A stretch of 64,000 bases of DNA from Bacillota bacterium (GCA_023410645.1 JAEYPQ010000030.1:11680-75679); one strand, 5' to 3'; positions 28,501-38,616 are shown, numbered from the stretch's first letter. Notes: generated by a model from the letters alone, not told the origin. Made by a program: numbers and translations.

Positions 28501-29183
28501 AAAGTAGAGGCGATAATAAGCATTCTGAAAATGGTTGGACTGCCGAATCAGGAGCCATAAATTCTGATTATTCTAAACTTCAACCAGGTGATATATTATG
28601 GCGCAGTGGACACGTTGGACTATATGTTGGTGATGGAAAACAAGTTGATCTTGGTGGTCCTGGAGGGGAAAATTCTGAAGCAGATCCTAATTGGAAAGGG
28701 CCAATTTATGATACAGACATAGATGGCTATACACATTATATAAGATATGTGAATAAAAATGCATTAAATGGAGTTAGTGCAGAAGATATCTTATTAATGT
28801 CTAGAATTATTGCACAAGAAGCTGGATACAATATGGAAGATTGTTTAGCTGTTGCAGCTGTAATTGTTAATAGAGTAAAAAGTCAAAGCAATGATTTTAA
28901 AGATGAAGACACGGTTCGCAAAGTTATTTATCCTGCAGGAGATGATATGGCTAAAAATAGATTGCAATGGGCATCAATAGGTGGAGTAGAATTTAATAAA
29001 GAACCTGATAAGAGTAAGGCACCGTATAAAGCTGCATTAATGGCCATAGCTGGTGAAGATCCAACAGGAGGAGCACTATATTTCTATAGTCCAAGAGGTG
29101 GATTTTATAGTGAATGGCATGAATCCTTAAAATATTTGTATACGTCACCAAATGGTCAAAGATTCTTTACACCAGAAGAATAG
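25596..29183 (+). CDS. Multidomain peptidoglycan hydrolase (VirB1/PrgK/CwlT analogue, 1195 aa)
   Basis: N-terminal coiled coil plus Lys/Ala-rich degenerate 8-aa repeats (AGKEAAKT-like, 25800-26000). One TM (IVIALALSLLFILLTT), then a large extracytoplasmic region. M23 domain: HTGIDISSG, AAHDGVVTAV, YGHLSE, GVHLHFEI. NlpC/P60 domain: ADCSSFVYSLF with Cys, GHVGLYVGDG with His. SleB-type cell wall hydrolase (Hydrolase_2) domain: LMSRIIAQEAG...LAVAAVIVNRVKS...GGALYFYSP. Confidence 0.75.
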   Translation: MDDFEKEYEEELLRQQQEEQRNQDINIRDTYDKLKSAQEKYQKLSDKINSSNNNLKQGSLNRDAANNINKSAGKKATEQGAKSVSNEAAKSAGKEAAKTAGKEAVKKTGEEAAKEAGKQVAKTAAKEAAKKGAETAAAGTGVGIPIAAAIEAADQAQKLKVKAEEKIKETTGIDLKESRKKRRKIVIALALSLLFILLTTNYVSSQDLNTTLKSLIARREARNEKKLIQFTDSEYDDLINKDYVDLPSGYSDNSVNDEKYADPGYKRMLEYAYSNNYDSFLAGKTTIDNQTKKSEVAASNTRKYLEAERLNFNKIKWYSYKSNYTYNHSSSLANDVVPTFLNSSTGSIQANGKITDSELNIPKLSEYDVNPGSNTKQKEDMYIDLLSNYMQKWFIPYLMMIDTQSKEFTINEVMEKMYSPVNVTLYQINRDTKKTKTTYYLECEVVIRTITTTIGPNGEISTSSHISDRRNSNTKNDPVGTTSYNNGNTTIEKTVTSNGKIATDSSGNPMVASVTVERNISPYKYVPKITYCEGFYDIISARYKIDPINEAITPKSTSETPLTSSDANTSYITKTEIWDENILNDVYEKKDYKVSYYSDEDYKNLGRKVSRVEWYQDYGNYLYKSGKSDVDLKIYDNEIYPLKVTNKGETIDGYQNDYLLSLEEAYDSYSNSKGYSYDDMYFAYTLISEYYSNINSLGSDVNLNLNGIPYDGFAWPVEITAENPGTNVINTLFGLTPAYGSSHTGIDISSGNLRYKEGNLTKGPKILAAHDGVVTAVSNTATSDSVYDSSTGQFTYISPYNFVNIRTQDGTYTTQYGHLSEINVKVGDTVKRGQVIGRMGTTGYSTGVHLHFEIIDSTGERLDPLNYYITDPEYGSINRNSITSMPSGYVYLRPKTFSISGNSQISDMIAKAIELANKKNILYRQNGRQTASTIVGLDNITQADCSSFVYSLFKTYLNINVGMTSDDIKSRGDNKHSENGWTAESGAINSDYSKLQPGDILWRSGHVGLYVGDGKQVDLGGPGGENSEADPNWKGPIYDTDIDGYTHYIRYVNKNALNGVSAEDILLMSRIIAQEAGYNMEDCLAVAAVIVNRVKSQSNDFKDEDTVRKVIYPAGDDMAKNRLQWASIGGVEFNKEPDKSKAPYKAALMAIAGEDPTGGALYFYSPRGGFYSEWHESLKYLYTSPNGQRFFTPEE

Positions 29184-29197
29184 GGGAGTAGAAGTAG

Positions 29198-30028
29198 ATG
29201 AATGAAAAAGATGATATAAAGTTTAATAAAAATAATAGTGGTGTTCATAAAAGAACACCACGAAAAATAAAATATTCTTTGGAACAGTTAGAACAAATAA
29301 AAAAAGAAGAACAAGTATTAGATATGTATGTTGAAAGCATTGATGATAGTCTGAATATGATAGGTATTGTAGGGACAGATATAAAAGCGATGATACCAAG
29401 AGATGAAGCTTCAAGTATTGTTGGAGATGATGGACTAGTTGAAGAAAAATTTATTGTTAATAAAAAAGGAAAAATAATACCTACATGTATAAAAGAAATA
29501 ATAAAAAATGGTGATAATATTGAATTGATATTGTCAAAGAAGATACTTGAACTTAAAGTAAGACGTTGGATGTATATGCATTTGAAACCAGGTATGAAAC
29601 TTAAAGGTGTTGTTGTAAGTACTACTGAATATGCAGCTTTTGTTGATGTTGGTGGAGGAGTAACAGGTATATTAAAATTATCTGATATTTCTGATGTATC
29701 ATTACAACATTCTAATGATGTTTTTAAATTAGGTCAAAGAATAGAAGTTATGGTAAAGAAATTCGATAGAGATACTGGAAGAATTGAATTAACATATAAA
29801 GAATTGTTAGGTTCTTTTGAAAACAATGTTAAAAATCTAAAAGAGGGAGACATTGTTGACGGTATTATACGAAATAGAATTAAGACTGGTGTGTTTGTTG
29901 AATTAAAACCTAATCTTGTTGGTCTTGCTGAACATGTTAATGGAGTGGAATATGGACAAAAGGTACTAGTTAGTATAAAAAGAATTATTCCAGAAAAGAA
30001 AAAGATTAAACTTGTAATCATAGGATAA
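29198..30028 (+). CDS. S1 RNA-binding domain protein with tandem S1/OB repeats (276 aa)
   Basis: Two clear S1 modules: MKLKGVVVSTTEYAAFVDVGGGVTGILKLSDIS...RIEVMVKKFDRDTGRIELTYK and EGDIVDGIIRNRIKTGVFVELKPNLVGLAEHVNGVEYGQKVLVSIKRII. Starts 15 nt after the hydrolase stop, so probably co-transcribed. Confidence 0.55.
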   Translation: MNEKDDIKFNKNNSGVHKRTPRKIKYSLEQLEQIKKEEQVLDMYVESIDDSLNMIGIVGTDIKAMIPRDEASSIVGDDGLVEEKFIVNKKGKIIPTCIKEIIKNGDNIELILSKKILELKVRRWMYMHLKPGMKLKGVVVSTTEYAAFVDVGGGVTGILKLSDISDVSLQHSNDVFKLGQRIEVMVKKFDRDTGRIELTYKELLGSFENNVKNLKEGDIVDGIIRNRIKTGVFVELKPNLVGLAEHVNGVEYGQKVLVSIKRIIPEKKKIKLVIIG

Positions 30029-30140
30029 ATAAAGTTTAGTAAGTAAATATATTAATTTGATATATTTACTTACTTTTTTTTGACAAAGTATTGATTTTTA
30101 GGTAATAATATGTTATTATATTAAAGTACTTGAAATACAT

Positions 30141-30217
<77 letters not shown>

Positions 30218-30223
30218 AATAAA

Positions 30224-30252
30224 AACATCCGATAAAATTCGGATGTTTTTTG
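30224..30252 (+). terminator. Rho-independent terminator after tRNA-Arg
   Basis: ACATCCGA-TAAAAT-TCGGATGT stem-loop followed by TTTTTT. Confidence 0.7.
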
Positions 30253-30347
30253 TGTTCAATTGACATAAAAATTAATAAATGATATAATATAGCAAATGAA
30301 TATAAAATATTAGAGTAAATCTTATTATGATAAAGGAGAGAGTTTAA

Positions 30348-31160
30348 ATGGAAAAGTTAAACCAATTACGTTATTTTATTTCTGAGTTAAAAATTTATAA
30401 AGAAGAAATTAAAGATATATACATGCGGTTTAAAATAGAACTGCCAGATACTAATAATATTTCTGAAAGTTATATTAAATTTAATGTGGATGGCTCAAAG
30501 ACTCATAATCAAAGAGAAAATGATAGAAGTTTTAACGACTTAAAGTATTATTATAGTAATAAATATATTGTTAATATAGAAAATACAAGAAGAATTGCGT
30601 TATATATTTTAGAAGATGGAAAACAAAATTTTAAGTTTATTACCTGTAATCCGGGTAAAGAAAAAGTTAATATTTTCAATTTCAAAAGAAAAAGCTTAGA
30701 ATTTAAAAATCTAATATTGGAAGTAAGATTTTTATCTATTTATCTCTATAATTATCTTATTTCAAAATATGGTAAAAAAATATTTGAAAATATAAACAGA
30801 TATGAACCAACTACTTATTTTCCAACTACTATGCAATGGACAAATGAGAGATATTATAGTAGGAATTTTAGTTCTGAATCTATTTTTAATTCTAAAATTG
30901 CTTTATCAGTTTTAGGGATAATAATACTATTAATTATACAGTATGTTCTCATAACTAATAATAGTAATAATAGTATTAATTATGCAATAAATACTGATGA
31001 ATACTATGTTGCAGTAGATGTAACTTTTCAATCTGACCAAACGAAAAATGATCTTGTTGAAACAATGGAAGAAAGAGGATATAAATTAGTAAGGAAATAT
31101 CCTATATTTAGACTTAAACGAGTCACAAGAACATACTATGATTTTAAAAAATTAGAATGA
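30348..31160 (+). CDS. Hypothetical protein with one C-proximal TM helix (270 aa)
   Basis: RBS AAAGGAGAGAG upstream of the ATG. TM segment IALSVLGIIILLIIQYVLIT. No recognisable domain. Confidence 0.4.
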   Translation: MEKLNQLRYFISELKIYKEEIKDIYMRFKIELPDTNNISESYIKFNVDGSKTHNQRENDRSFNDLKYYYSNKYIVNIENTRRIALYILEDGKQNFKFITCNPGKEKVNIFNFKRKSLEFKNLILEVRFLSIYLYNYLISKYGKKIFENINRYEPTTYFPTTMQWTNERYYSRNFSSESIFNSKIALSVLGIIILLIIQYVLITNNSNNSINYAINTDEYYVAVDVTFQSDQTKNDLVETMEERGYKLVRKYPIFRLKRVTRTYYDFKKLE

Positions 31161-31263
31161 AGCACTATTTAGTGCTTCTTATTTTTTTATATATTAATTT
31201 TTTTACATATTTAAAATAATATATATTTTATGTTATAATATAATTATATAGAGGAGTGATAAA

Positions 31264-33045
31264 ATGGAAAATAATATAAAATACAAATGGAATCTAGAAG
31301 ATATATATGATTCTATTAATAATCTTGAAGAAGATATAGTAGTATGTAATAAAATATTAATTGCAATTGAAGAATATAAAGGTAGATTATCTGAATCATC
31401 AAATAATCTATATGATTGTTATGAGAATTTAGAAAAAATGTATAAGATACTTGCCAAGATTAGTGGATATGCTACATTAAAATATCATCAGAACATGGGG
31501 GAAACTTCTAATTTAAAACTATATAAAAAAATACAAAATCTGCAAACAGATATACAAGCAAGAACATCTTTTATTTTGCCAGAGATAACTGAAATAGATG
31601 ATAGTATTTTAGAAAAGTTTATATCTGAAGACGATAAACTAAAAAAATATGAAAGATTAATTAGAAAAATAATGAAAGATAAAAAGCATATATTGAGTCA
31701 TGAGGCTGAATACGTGATTTCAAAATATTCAGATGTTCTTGATTCAATGGATAATATTTATACAACTTTATCAAATGTGGATTTAGCATTTAGTAAGGTT
31801 TTAGATGAGGATGGTAATGAACTTGAATTATCACATGCTAAGTATGGTAAGTATATGGCATCCAAAGATAAAATACTAAGAAAAAATGCATTTGATAGTA
31901 TGTATTCTGAATTTGAAAAATACATAAATACAATAACTGAGATATATCTAAATTCTGTAAAAAAAGATGCAATATCAAGTGAATTAAAGAACTATAATTC
32001 TTCACTTGAAAATGCAGTGTATAATGATGATTCAACTAAATTAGTATACGATAGCCTTATTGAAACCATAAATGATAATATATCAATTAATCATAAATAT
32101 ATGAAATTAAAAAAGAAATTATTAAATTTGGATGAGATACATTTATATGATATGTATGTTAATAGTTTGGAAGTAGAAGAAAACGATATATCATATGAAG
32201 AAAGTCAAAATATTATAAAAAAGGCATTAGAACCACTTGGAAAAGAATATTTAGAAGTAATAGATATTGCATTTAAAAATAGATGGATAGATGTATATGA
32301 ATCAAATAATAAACGTAGTGGAGCATACAGTATGGATGTATATGGAGTTCATCCATTTATACTTTCTAATTATACGAATGATAATGAATCAGTAAGCACA
32401 ATAGCGCATGAACTTGGTCATACAATGCATTCATATTATGCTTCAAATAATCAAAATTACTTTTATTCTGCATATACAATACTTGTTGCAGAGGTAGCTT
32501 CAACAGTAAATGAAATTTTACTTAGTGAATATTTAATTAACTCTGAACCTGATAATTTAAAGAAAGCTGCACTTATTAATTCACAAATTGATAGAATAAG
32601 AGCCACATTAATTCGTCAAACTATGTTTGCAGAATTTGAGAAGAGTGTACATCAAAAAGTTGAGGATAATATATCACTTGCTTCAGAAGATTTATGCGAT
32701 ATTTATTATGACTTAAATAAGAAATACTTTGGAGATGATGTTATAATAGATGAAAAGATAAAATACGAATGGGCAAGAATACCTCATTTTTATAGTTCTT
32801 TCTATGTGTATAAATATGCAACTGGAATTTCATCTGCTATATGTATTGCAAATAAAATATTAAATGATAAGGGAGAATATACTAAAAAGTATATAGATAT
32901 GTTAAAGGCAGGAGGTTCAAAGGATTCTTTAGATTTACTTAGAAGTGTCGATGTTGATTTAGAAACAAAAGATCCTGTAGAAGATGCAATAAAGTATTTT
33001 GAAAATAAAATAAATGAACTTGAGAGTATTGTTAATAACCTTTAA
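31264..33045 (+). CDS. pepF: Oligoendopeptidase F (M3B family)
   Basis: 593 aa. Zinc motif HELGHTMHSYY with downstream E (VAEVAST). Overall PepF length and architecture. RBS GAGGAG upstream. Confidence 0.85.
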   Translation: MENNIKYKWNLEDIYDSINNLEEDIVVCNKILIAIEEYKGRLSESSNNLYDCYENLEKMYKILAKISGYATLKYHQNMGETSNLKLYKKIQNLQTDIQARTSFILPEITEIDDSILEKFISEDDKLKKYERLIRKIMKDKKHILSHEAEYVISKYSDVLDSMDNIYTTLSNVDLAFSKVLDEDGNELELSHAKYGKYMASKDKILRKNAFDSMYSEFEKYINTITEIYLNSVKKDAISSELKNYNSSLENAVYNDDSTKLVYDSLIETINDNISINHKYMKLKKKLLNLDEIHLYDMYVNSLEVEENDISYEESQNIIKKALEPLGKEYLEVIDIAFKNRWIDVYESNNKRSGAYSMDVYGVHPFILSNYTNDNESVSTIAHELGHTMHSYYASNNQNYFYSAYTILVAEVASTVNEILLSEYLINSEPDNLKKAALINSQIDRIRATLIRQTMFAEFEKSVHQKVEDNISLASEDLCDIYYDLNKKYFGDDVIIDEKIKYEWARIPHFYSSFYVYKYATGISSAICIANKILNDKGEYTKKYIDMLKAGGSKDSLDLLRSVDVDLETKDPVEDAIKYFENKINELESIVNNL

Positions 33046-33166
33046 TAATATTTTTTAAAACTCAATAATAAATTATATATTATTATTGAGTTTTTTATGT
33101 GTAAATTTTGTTATATATTTACTAAGAAAATATTAAGTGATATAATTATATAAAAGGATGGAATTT

Positions 33167-35620
33167 ATGCAAATAATAAAAAAAGATATAAAATTTAAAA
33201 AAATATTTGAATATGTAATATTATTGTTATTATTTTTGTTATCAATAAAAAAAGGTGGATTTTACAAAACGGATACTTTATTTTTTTGCTTTTCAATTGC
33301 TGGAATTTCTATTTTGTATTTTACTTATGAATATTTTGAAAATAGAAATAAAAAAAATCAAAACAGGATTGATATAATTAGTATACTATTACTAATATTA
33401 TCTTTTTTCTATACGTTACCTATTTTATTTAGAAATTATTCTAATTTATCAGACAGCATCTTTGAAATGACAAGATATTTTAATATATATTTAATATATA
33501 GAATTGTTAAAAATTCAGATAATAAAAAGATTTTCTTAAATGGTATTGTCATAATTACAATTATACAGTGTTTAATAGGTATTGATGGACTTGGAAATAG
33601 ATATTTGTCTTCTATACTGGATAATTTTAATTCAGGCTTTTTAAGTAGAGATATAACAAGATTATCAGGGACAATACAATATGCAAATGTTGTGGCAATT
33701 TTGTGTACCATATCTATAATAATCTTATTAGAAAAAATTAAGAATATAGAAAAGTATAATCTAAATATAAAAAATATTCTTAATTTTGTTGGTATATTTA
33801 TTTTGTTTTCTTCACTACTTTTAACTGAATCTAGAGCAGCACTTATATTTGGAGTATTTGCGATAATTATTTATTTTATACTTGAAAGAAAAAATATAAA
33901 GAATATATTTTTTACACTTTTAATACAGATACTGTTTAGTATATTATTTACAAGTATAATACAAAATAATATAATAAATAATCCAACTGCAATATATTTT
34001 TATACTGCAGTTGCAATATTAATTAATGTAATAATATATCTTGTACTAAATATTTTAAATAAAAATAATATTATAAATAAGGTAGTTAATAATAGATTAA
34101 ATATTAGTAGAAATAAATTAATAATTATATTTTGTCTGGTATTTATATCATACATTATAATTGGAATAAATGTTTCAAAACCATTATATATAGATTCAAA
34201 GTCAAAAGAAAATAAAGAATCAATAAATGTATATAATGTAAATCGTAATGAAACCAATAATATAAACTTAAAACTTGACTTAAAGGCTGAAGATACAAGA
34301 TATAAGATAACTTTTATTGAAGTAAGTGATGAATTTACATCTAAAGTAGTAAAGGTTCTAAACTATTATAATATAATTGACACAAATATTAATTTAAGTT
34401 TTGATGCTTCAAATAATGCAAAATATATAAATATAATAATAGAGTGCGAAAAGGGAAGCTTGTATATTGATGAGTTAAAAATGAATAATAAAAATAAGAC
34501 TTTAAAATATGCTATAATACCAACAGAGATAGTATCTAGAATAGAAGATGGTATATATGGTTCTACTAGCATTAGAGATAGAATAGCTTATACGGAAGAT
34601 TCATTTAAAATCATATTTAATTTGCCAGTAAATTTCTTGATTGGTGTTGGTGGAGAAGGATTTAAAAATACATATGAACTTTTTAAAAGTTTTGCATATT
34701 CTTCAACAGAAGCTCACAATTCTTTTCTACAAATATTTATTGAAAGTGGTGTACTAGGCTTCATTACTATAATTTCAATAATAATTATTGTGGTATTAAA
34801 AAAAGAAAATAATTATATTAAAGTGGCTTTATTATTACTTATAGTACATAGTTTTTTTGATTTGAATTTTTCTTATTTGTTTATGTTATGTGTATTTGCA
34901 ATTTTATTAGCTTGTTGTGATGATAAAAAAATAAATAAAGGCGTATTAAAGGATAAGACAATTGAATATTTAAAATTTTTCGAAAGTATTCTTTGTTATT
35001 TCTTTTTGATATTAAACATTTATATTTTGATTAATGCCAATTTTGCATATTATTTGGGAATACCTAAATATAAACAAGAAGAATTAACTTTAGAAAAACA
35101 AATAAACGTAGTTAATTTAATGGAAAAGAGAGTAAATCTTGATCCGGGCGAAAATGTATATAGACAAAGTCTAAATGAAGAATATTCAGTGTATTTTGAT
35201 ATGCTTATTAAGACAATAAGTGGATTAGATGATAAAAACCCAAGTAAAAAAGTATTAGAAGAAGAAGTAAAAAATGTAATAGAAAATATAAAGACAAATG
35301 CTGATAATATGGTTAAAAATAGTAAATACGACAGAAATATAATACTTAAAGTTTCAGATATATATTTTAATAATTTAAAATACTTTACTACAATTTATTA
35401 TAGTAAAAATATTGATGAAGGATATCAAATTTATTTAGATTATATATTAAAGAATGTGGAATATGTTGAAAACAACTATAAAAATAATTCAAATATAGAA
35501 AGCTTGGTTAAAACTACATACAATAAATATTTGACTGAACTTAAAGAAAATAAAGAAGATTTGAATAGTATTAAAATAGAGGAATATATCAACATTTTAG
35601 AAAGAAAAATAGGTACTTAG
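33167..35620 (+). CDS. O-antigen ligase (Wzy_C)-like polytopic membrane protein with large C-terminal soluble domain
   Basis: More than 10 TM helices. A periplasmic-loop region with LTESRAALIFGVF is typical of O-antigen ligase / WaaL-like proteins. C-terminal ~250 aa is soluble and helical. ATG 33167 is preferred (8 nt after AAAGGA); the six-frame ORF opens at 33158. Confidence 0.45.
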   Translation: MQIIKKDIKFKKIFEYVILLLLFLLSIKKGGFYKTDTLFFCFSIAGISILYFTYEYFENRNKKNQNRIDIISILLLILSFFYTLPILFRNYSNLSDSIFEMTRYFNIYLIYRIVKNSDNKKIFLNGIVIITIIQCLIGIDGLGNRYLSSILDNFNSGFLSRDITRLSGTIQYANVVAILCTISIIILLEKIKNIEKYNLNIKNILNFVGIFILFSSLLLTESRAALIFGVFAIIIYFILERKNIKNIFFTLLIQILFSILFTSIIQNNIINNPTAIYFYTAVAILINVIIYLVLNILNKNNIINKVVNNRLNISRNKLIIIFCLVFISYIIIGINVSKPLYIDSKSKENKESINVYNVNRNETNNINLKLDLKAEDTRYKITFIEVSDEFTSKVVKVLNYYNIIDTNINLSFDASNNAKYINIIIECEKGSLYIDELKMNNKNKTLKYAIIPTEIVSRIEDGIYGSTSIRDRIAYTEDSFKIIFNLPVNFLIGVGGEGFKNTYELFKSFAYSSTEAHNSFLQIFIESGVLGFITIISIIIIVVLKKENNYIKVALLLLIVHSFFDLNFSYLFMLCVFAILLACCDDKKINKGVLKDKTIEYLKFFESILCYFFLILNIYILINANFAYYLGIPKYKQEELTLEKQINVVNLMEKRVNLDPGENVYRQSLNEEYSVYFDMLIKTISGLDDKNPSKKVLEEEVKNVIENIKTNADNMVKNSKYDRNIILKVSDIYFNNLKYFTTIYYSKNIDEGYQIYLDYILKNVEYVENNYKNNSNIESLVKTTYNKYLTELKENKEDLNSIKIEEYINILERKIGT

Positions 35621-35648
35621 TAATTACTTTACTAGTACCTATTTAATT

Positions 35649-35981
35649 CTATTTACATTGCAATAACAGAATCTTATACTTTTTTATTATTTCTTTTATT
35701 TCATTTAACCCGTATTGTGAAGTTTTTTCTTCAATTTTTTGAATTTCAGCAAGTTGTTTTATTATTAACTTTAGATTTTCTTTAAAAATAACATTTTTCT
35801 TGTAGTTTTCAATATTTGAACTTAATATTGTGTATAATTTATTGCACTTTTCAATATTTTCTTGATTGTATGTTACGTATAAAAGTCCATGAATAGCAAA
35901 TGAAATATCTTTAAACTGTTCACTGATATTAGGTGGTAAATCATTAACATCTTTTTTATTATTTCTTAATTTAACAAACAT
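35649..35981 (-). CDS. Small hypothetical protein (110 aa)
   Basis: Minus-strand ORF with upstream RBS-like GGAGGTATAA on the minus strand (36000-35991). No motif recognised. Confidence 0.35.
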   Translation of the reverse strand: MFVKLRNNKKDVNDLPPNISEQFKDISFAIHGLLYVTYNQENIEKCNKLYTILSSNIENYKKNVIFKENLKLIIKQLAEIQKIEEKTSQYGLNEIKEIIKKYKILLLQCK

Positions 35982-36184
35982 TTTTATTAATTATACCTCC
36001 ATGTAAAATATTCCATGTTTTATTTTAAAAGTTGCAAAAATGATTATAGCATAATTTATATACAAAGTAAATATGCAAATTATTTATTTTAATAAATTCG
36101 CATGCAAAATAATATAATACTTGTGTTTTATTTTGTTTTATGATATAATCTAACCAATAATTTGTAAATTTAGGAGGAATGGAC

Positions 36185-36421
36185 ATGGGTTGGTTAGACT
36201 GGACAATATCAATTTTAACAATAGTAGTTGGAATTTTTCTTACGGTGGTTGTAATGCTACAAACTAGTAAAAGTTCTCAATCATCAATAACAGGTAGTAA
36301 TACTTTTTATGGCACAAATAAGTCTAAAACATTAGATGGAGTATTATCAAAATATACAGTAGCTCTTGCTTTGCTTTTTATAGTGCTTTGCTTTTTAACT
36401 ACTGTTGCAATAATTCATTAA
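36185..36421 (+). CDS. secG: Preprotein translocase subunit SecG
   Basis: About 78 aa, two TM helices flanking the conserved LQ.SKSS...G...G stretch of SecG. ATG 36185 is 7 nt after GGAGGA; the six-frame ORF opens at 36179. secG directly precedes rnr as in other Firmicutes. Confidence 0.7.
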   Translation: MGWLDWTISILTIVVGIFLTVVVMLQTSKSSQSSITGSNTFYGTNKSKTLDGVLSKYTVALALLFIVLCFLTTVAIIH

Positions 36422-36432
36422 GGTAGGTTTAT

Positions 36433-38607
36433 ATGAGTAAAAAAAATAAAAATGATGTTAATTTTTTTGAGATAAATGACCAAGAATATATAGAAAAGAA
36501 GGAAGTTCTCACTTCCTTTTTTTTAGATAAAGTATATACTCCAATGACTTTCAAGCAACTATCTGCTATTCTTGATGTAAAAAAGGATAAGGTAAATTTA
36601 TTAGATAAGATATTATCTGATTTAGAATATGAAGGCTTAATATATATAGATGATAGTAAGAGATATGTACTTTGTGAAAAATATAACGTTGTTAAATGTA
36701 TATATCAATCAAAGGGTGAGAGATTCGGATTTGGTATTTTAAAAGATACTGATGATGTATATATTTCATCTGATAATTCCATGGGCGCAATGGATAATGA
36801 TGAAATATTAGTTAAGGTATTTACTGATAATGAATCGTCAAGAAAAAAAGAAGGAAAAGTAATAAAGGTATTAAGGAGAAATCTTAAAAAGATTTTAGGA
36901 AGATATATTAAAAATAAAAACTTTGGATTTGTTAAGCCATTAGATGTTAAGATAAATGATATATATATCCCTAAAAAATATACTAAAGGGCTAAATGATG
37001 GACAAATTGTCGAAGTAGAAATAATAAAATATGCAACATCTACATCAAAAGCTGAAGGCAAAATAGTATCAGTAATTGGAAATGCAGACGATCCTAATGT
37101 TGAGATAAAAGCAATGTATAAAGCATATTCAATTAGTGAAAGACAAAATTTTAATAAATTAGTTCAAGATGAAATAAAAAATATTAAAGATGAAGTTGTA
37201 CAAAGTGATAAGATTGGCAGAGTAGACAAAACATCTGAATGGGTATACACAATAGATGGTGATGATGCCATGGATTTAGATGATGGAGTTTGTGTAAAAA
37301 AATTATCAAATGGAAACTATTTGTTATCTGTTTTTATTGCTGATGTTAGTAATTATGTAAAAGATGGTACTGAACTTGATAAAGAAGCAGTATCAAGGGG
37401 AACTAGTACATACATACCTGGTACAGTAGTACCTATGCTTCCAAAAAAACTTTCAAATGGAATTTGTAGTTTAAATGAGGGTGTTGAAAGACTTGCACTA
37501 TCAATAGATATTACTATTGATAGTAAAGGGAATTTCCTAGAAAATGAAGTATATAAAGCTGTTATAAAAGTAAAAAAGAGAATGTCATATAGCAAAGTAT
37601 ATAAAGTAATAACTCATTCTGATAGTGAAGTTCTTAAAGAATACAAAGATTTTGAAAAAGATATATTATTGATGCAGGAACTTGCACTAATTTTAAAAGA
37701 AAAAAGAAATAGAGAAGGCACTATAAACTTTGATATACCAGAGACAAAAGTTATACTTGATGAAAATGGAAATGTAATTGATATAAAACCATATGAAATT
37801 ACTATAGCAAATCAAATTATTGAAGAGTTTATGCTTGCCGCAAATATGTGTATTGCAGAAAAATTCTATTTCCTTGAATTACCTTTTATATATCGTATTC
37901 ACGAAAAGCCAGATGAAGAAAAATTAAGAGCATTAAATGAAATATTAGGTAATTACAATAAGAGAGTTAAGGGCCTTAAAAATGTACATCCAAAAGCTCT
38001 TTCAGAGATAATAGATTCTATTGAAGATGAAGATGAAAAACAAATAATCTCATATGCTATGCTAAGGACATTAAAACTTGCAAGATATAGTAATGAATGT
38101 TTAGGACATTTTGGACTAGCTGCTAAATATTACTGTCATTTCACATCTCCAATAAGAAGATATCCAGATTTATTTATACATAGAGTAATTTCAGATTATT
38201 TAAATAGTAATGCTAGTATTCCAGAAAATAGAATTAATAAATATACAACTCAAGCGGTTAAATATTCTGATTCTTCATCTGAGGCTGAAAAGCAAGCTAC
38301 ATTAACTGAACGTGATTTTGATGATTTATACAGAGTTATGTATATGTCTAGATTTGTTGGAGAAAAATTTGATGCAAGAATATCGTCAGTTACTTCTTTT
38401 GGTGCTTTTGTGAGACTTGAGAATACTTCAGAAGGACTTGTTCCATTTGAATATATGCCAGATGATGATTATTACATTTATGATGATACAAAAAATATTC
38501 TGATTGGAAGAGAAACATCTAGAATTATAAAAATTGGAGATAAAGTAAAGGTAATATTAGAAAGAGCAGATGTAAAACAAAAAAGATTAGATTTTAGAAT
38601 AGTTTAA
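36433..38607 (+). CDS. rnr: Ribonuclease R
   Basis: 724 aa. Cold-shock/OB N-terminal domains, RNB catalytic domain (DGDDAMDLDDG region) and a C-terminal S1 domain (GAFVRLENTSEGLVPFEYM). Confidence 0.85.
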   Translation: MSKKNKNDVNFFEINDQEYIEKKEVLTSFFLDKVYTPMTFKQLSAILDVKKDKVNLLDKILSDLEYEGLIYIDDSKRYVLCEKYNVVKCIYQSKGERFGFGILKDTDDVYISSDNSMGAMDNDEILVKVFTDNESSRKKEGKVIKVLRRNLKKILGRYIKNKNFGFVKPLDVKINDIYIPKKYTKGLNDGQIVEVEIIKYATSTSKAEGKIVSVIGNADDPNVEIKAMYKAYSISERQNFNKLVQDEIKNIKDEVVQSDKIGRVDKTSEWVYTIDGDDAMDLDDGVCVKKLSNGNYLLSVFIADVSNYVKDGTELDKEAVSRGTSTYIPGTVVPMLPKKLSNGICSLNEGVERLALSIDITIDSKGNFLENEVYKAVIKVKKRMSYSKVYKVITHSDSEVLKEYKDFEKDILLMQELALILKEKRNREGTINFDIPETKVILDENGNVIDIKPYEITIANQIIEEFMLAANMCIAEKFYFLELPFIYRIHEKPDEEKLRALNEILGNYNKRVKGLKNVHPKALSEIIDSIEDEDEKQIISYAMLRTLKLARYSNECLGHFGLAAKYYCHFTSPIRRYPDLFIHRVISDYLNSNASIPENRINKYTTQAVKYSDSSSEAEKQATLTERDFDDLYRVMYMSRFVGEKFDARISSVTSFGAFVRLENTSEGLVPFEYMPDDDYYIYDDTKNILIGRETSRIIKIGDKVKVILERADVKQKRLDFRIV

Positions 38608-38616
38608 GGTGGTAAC

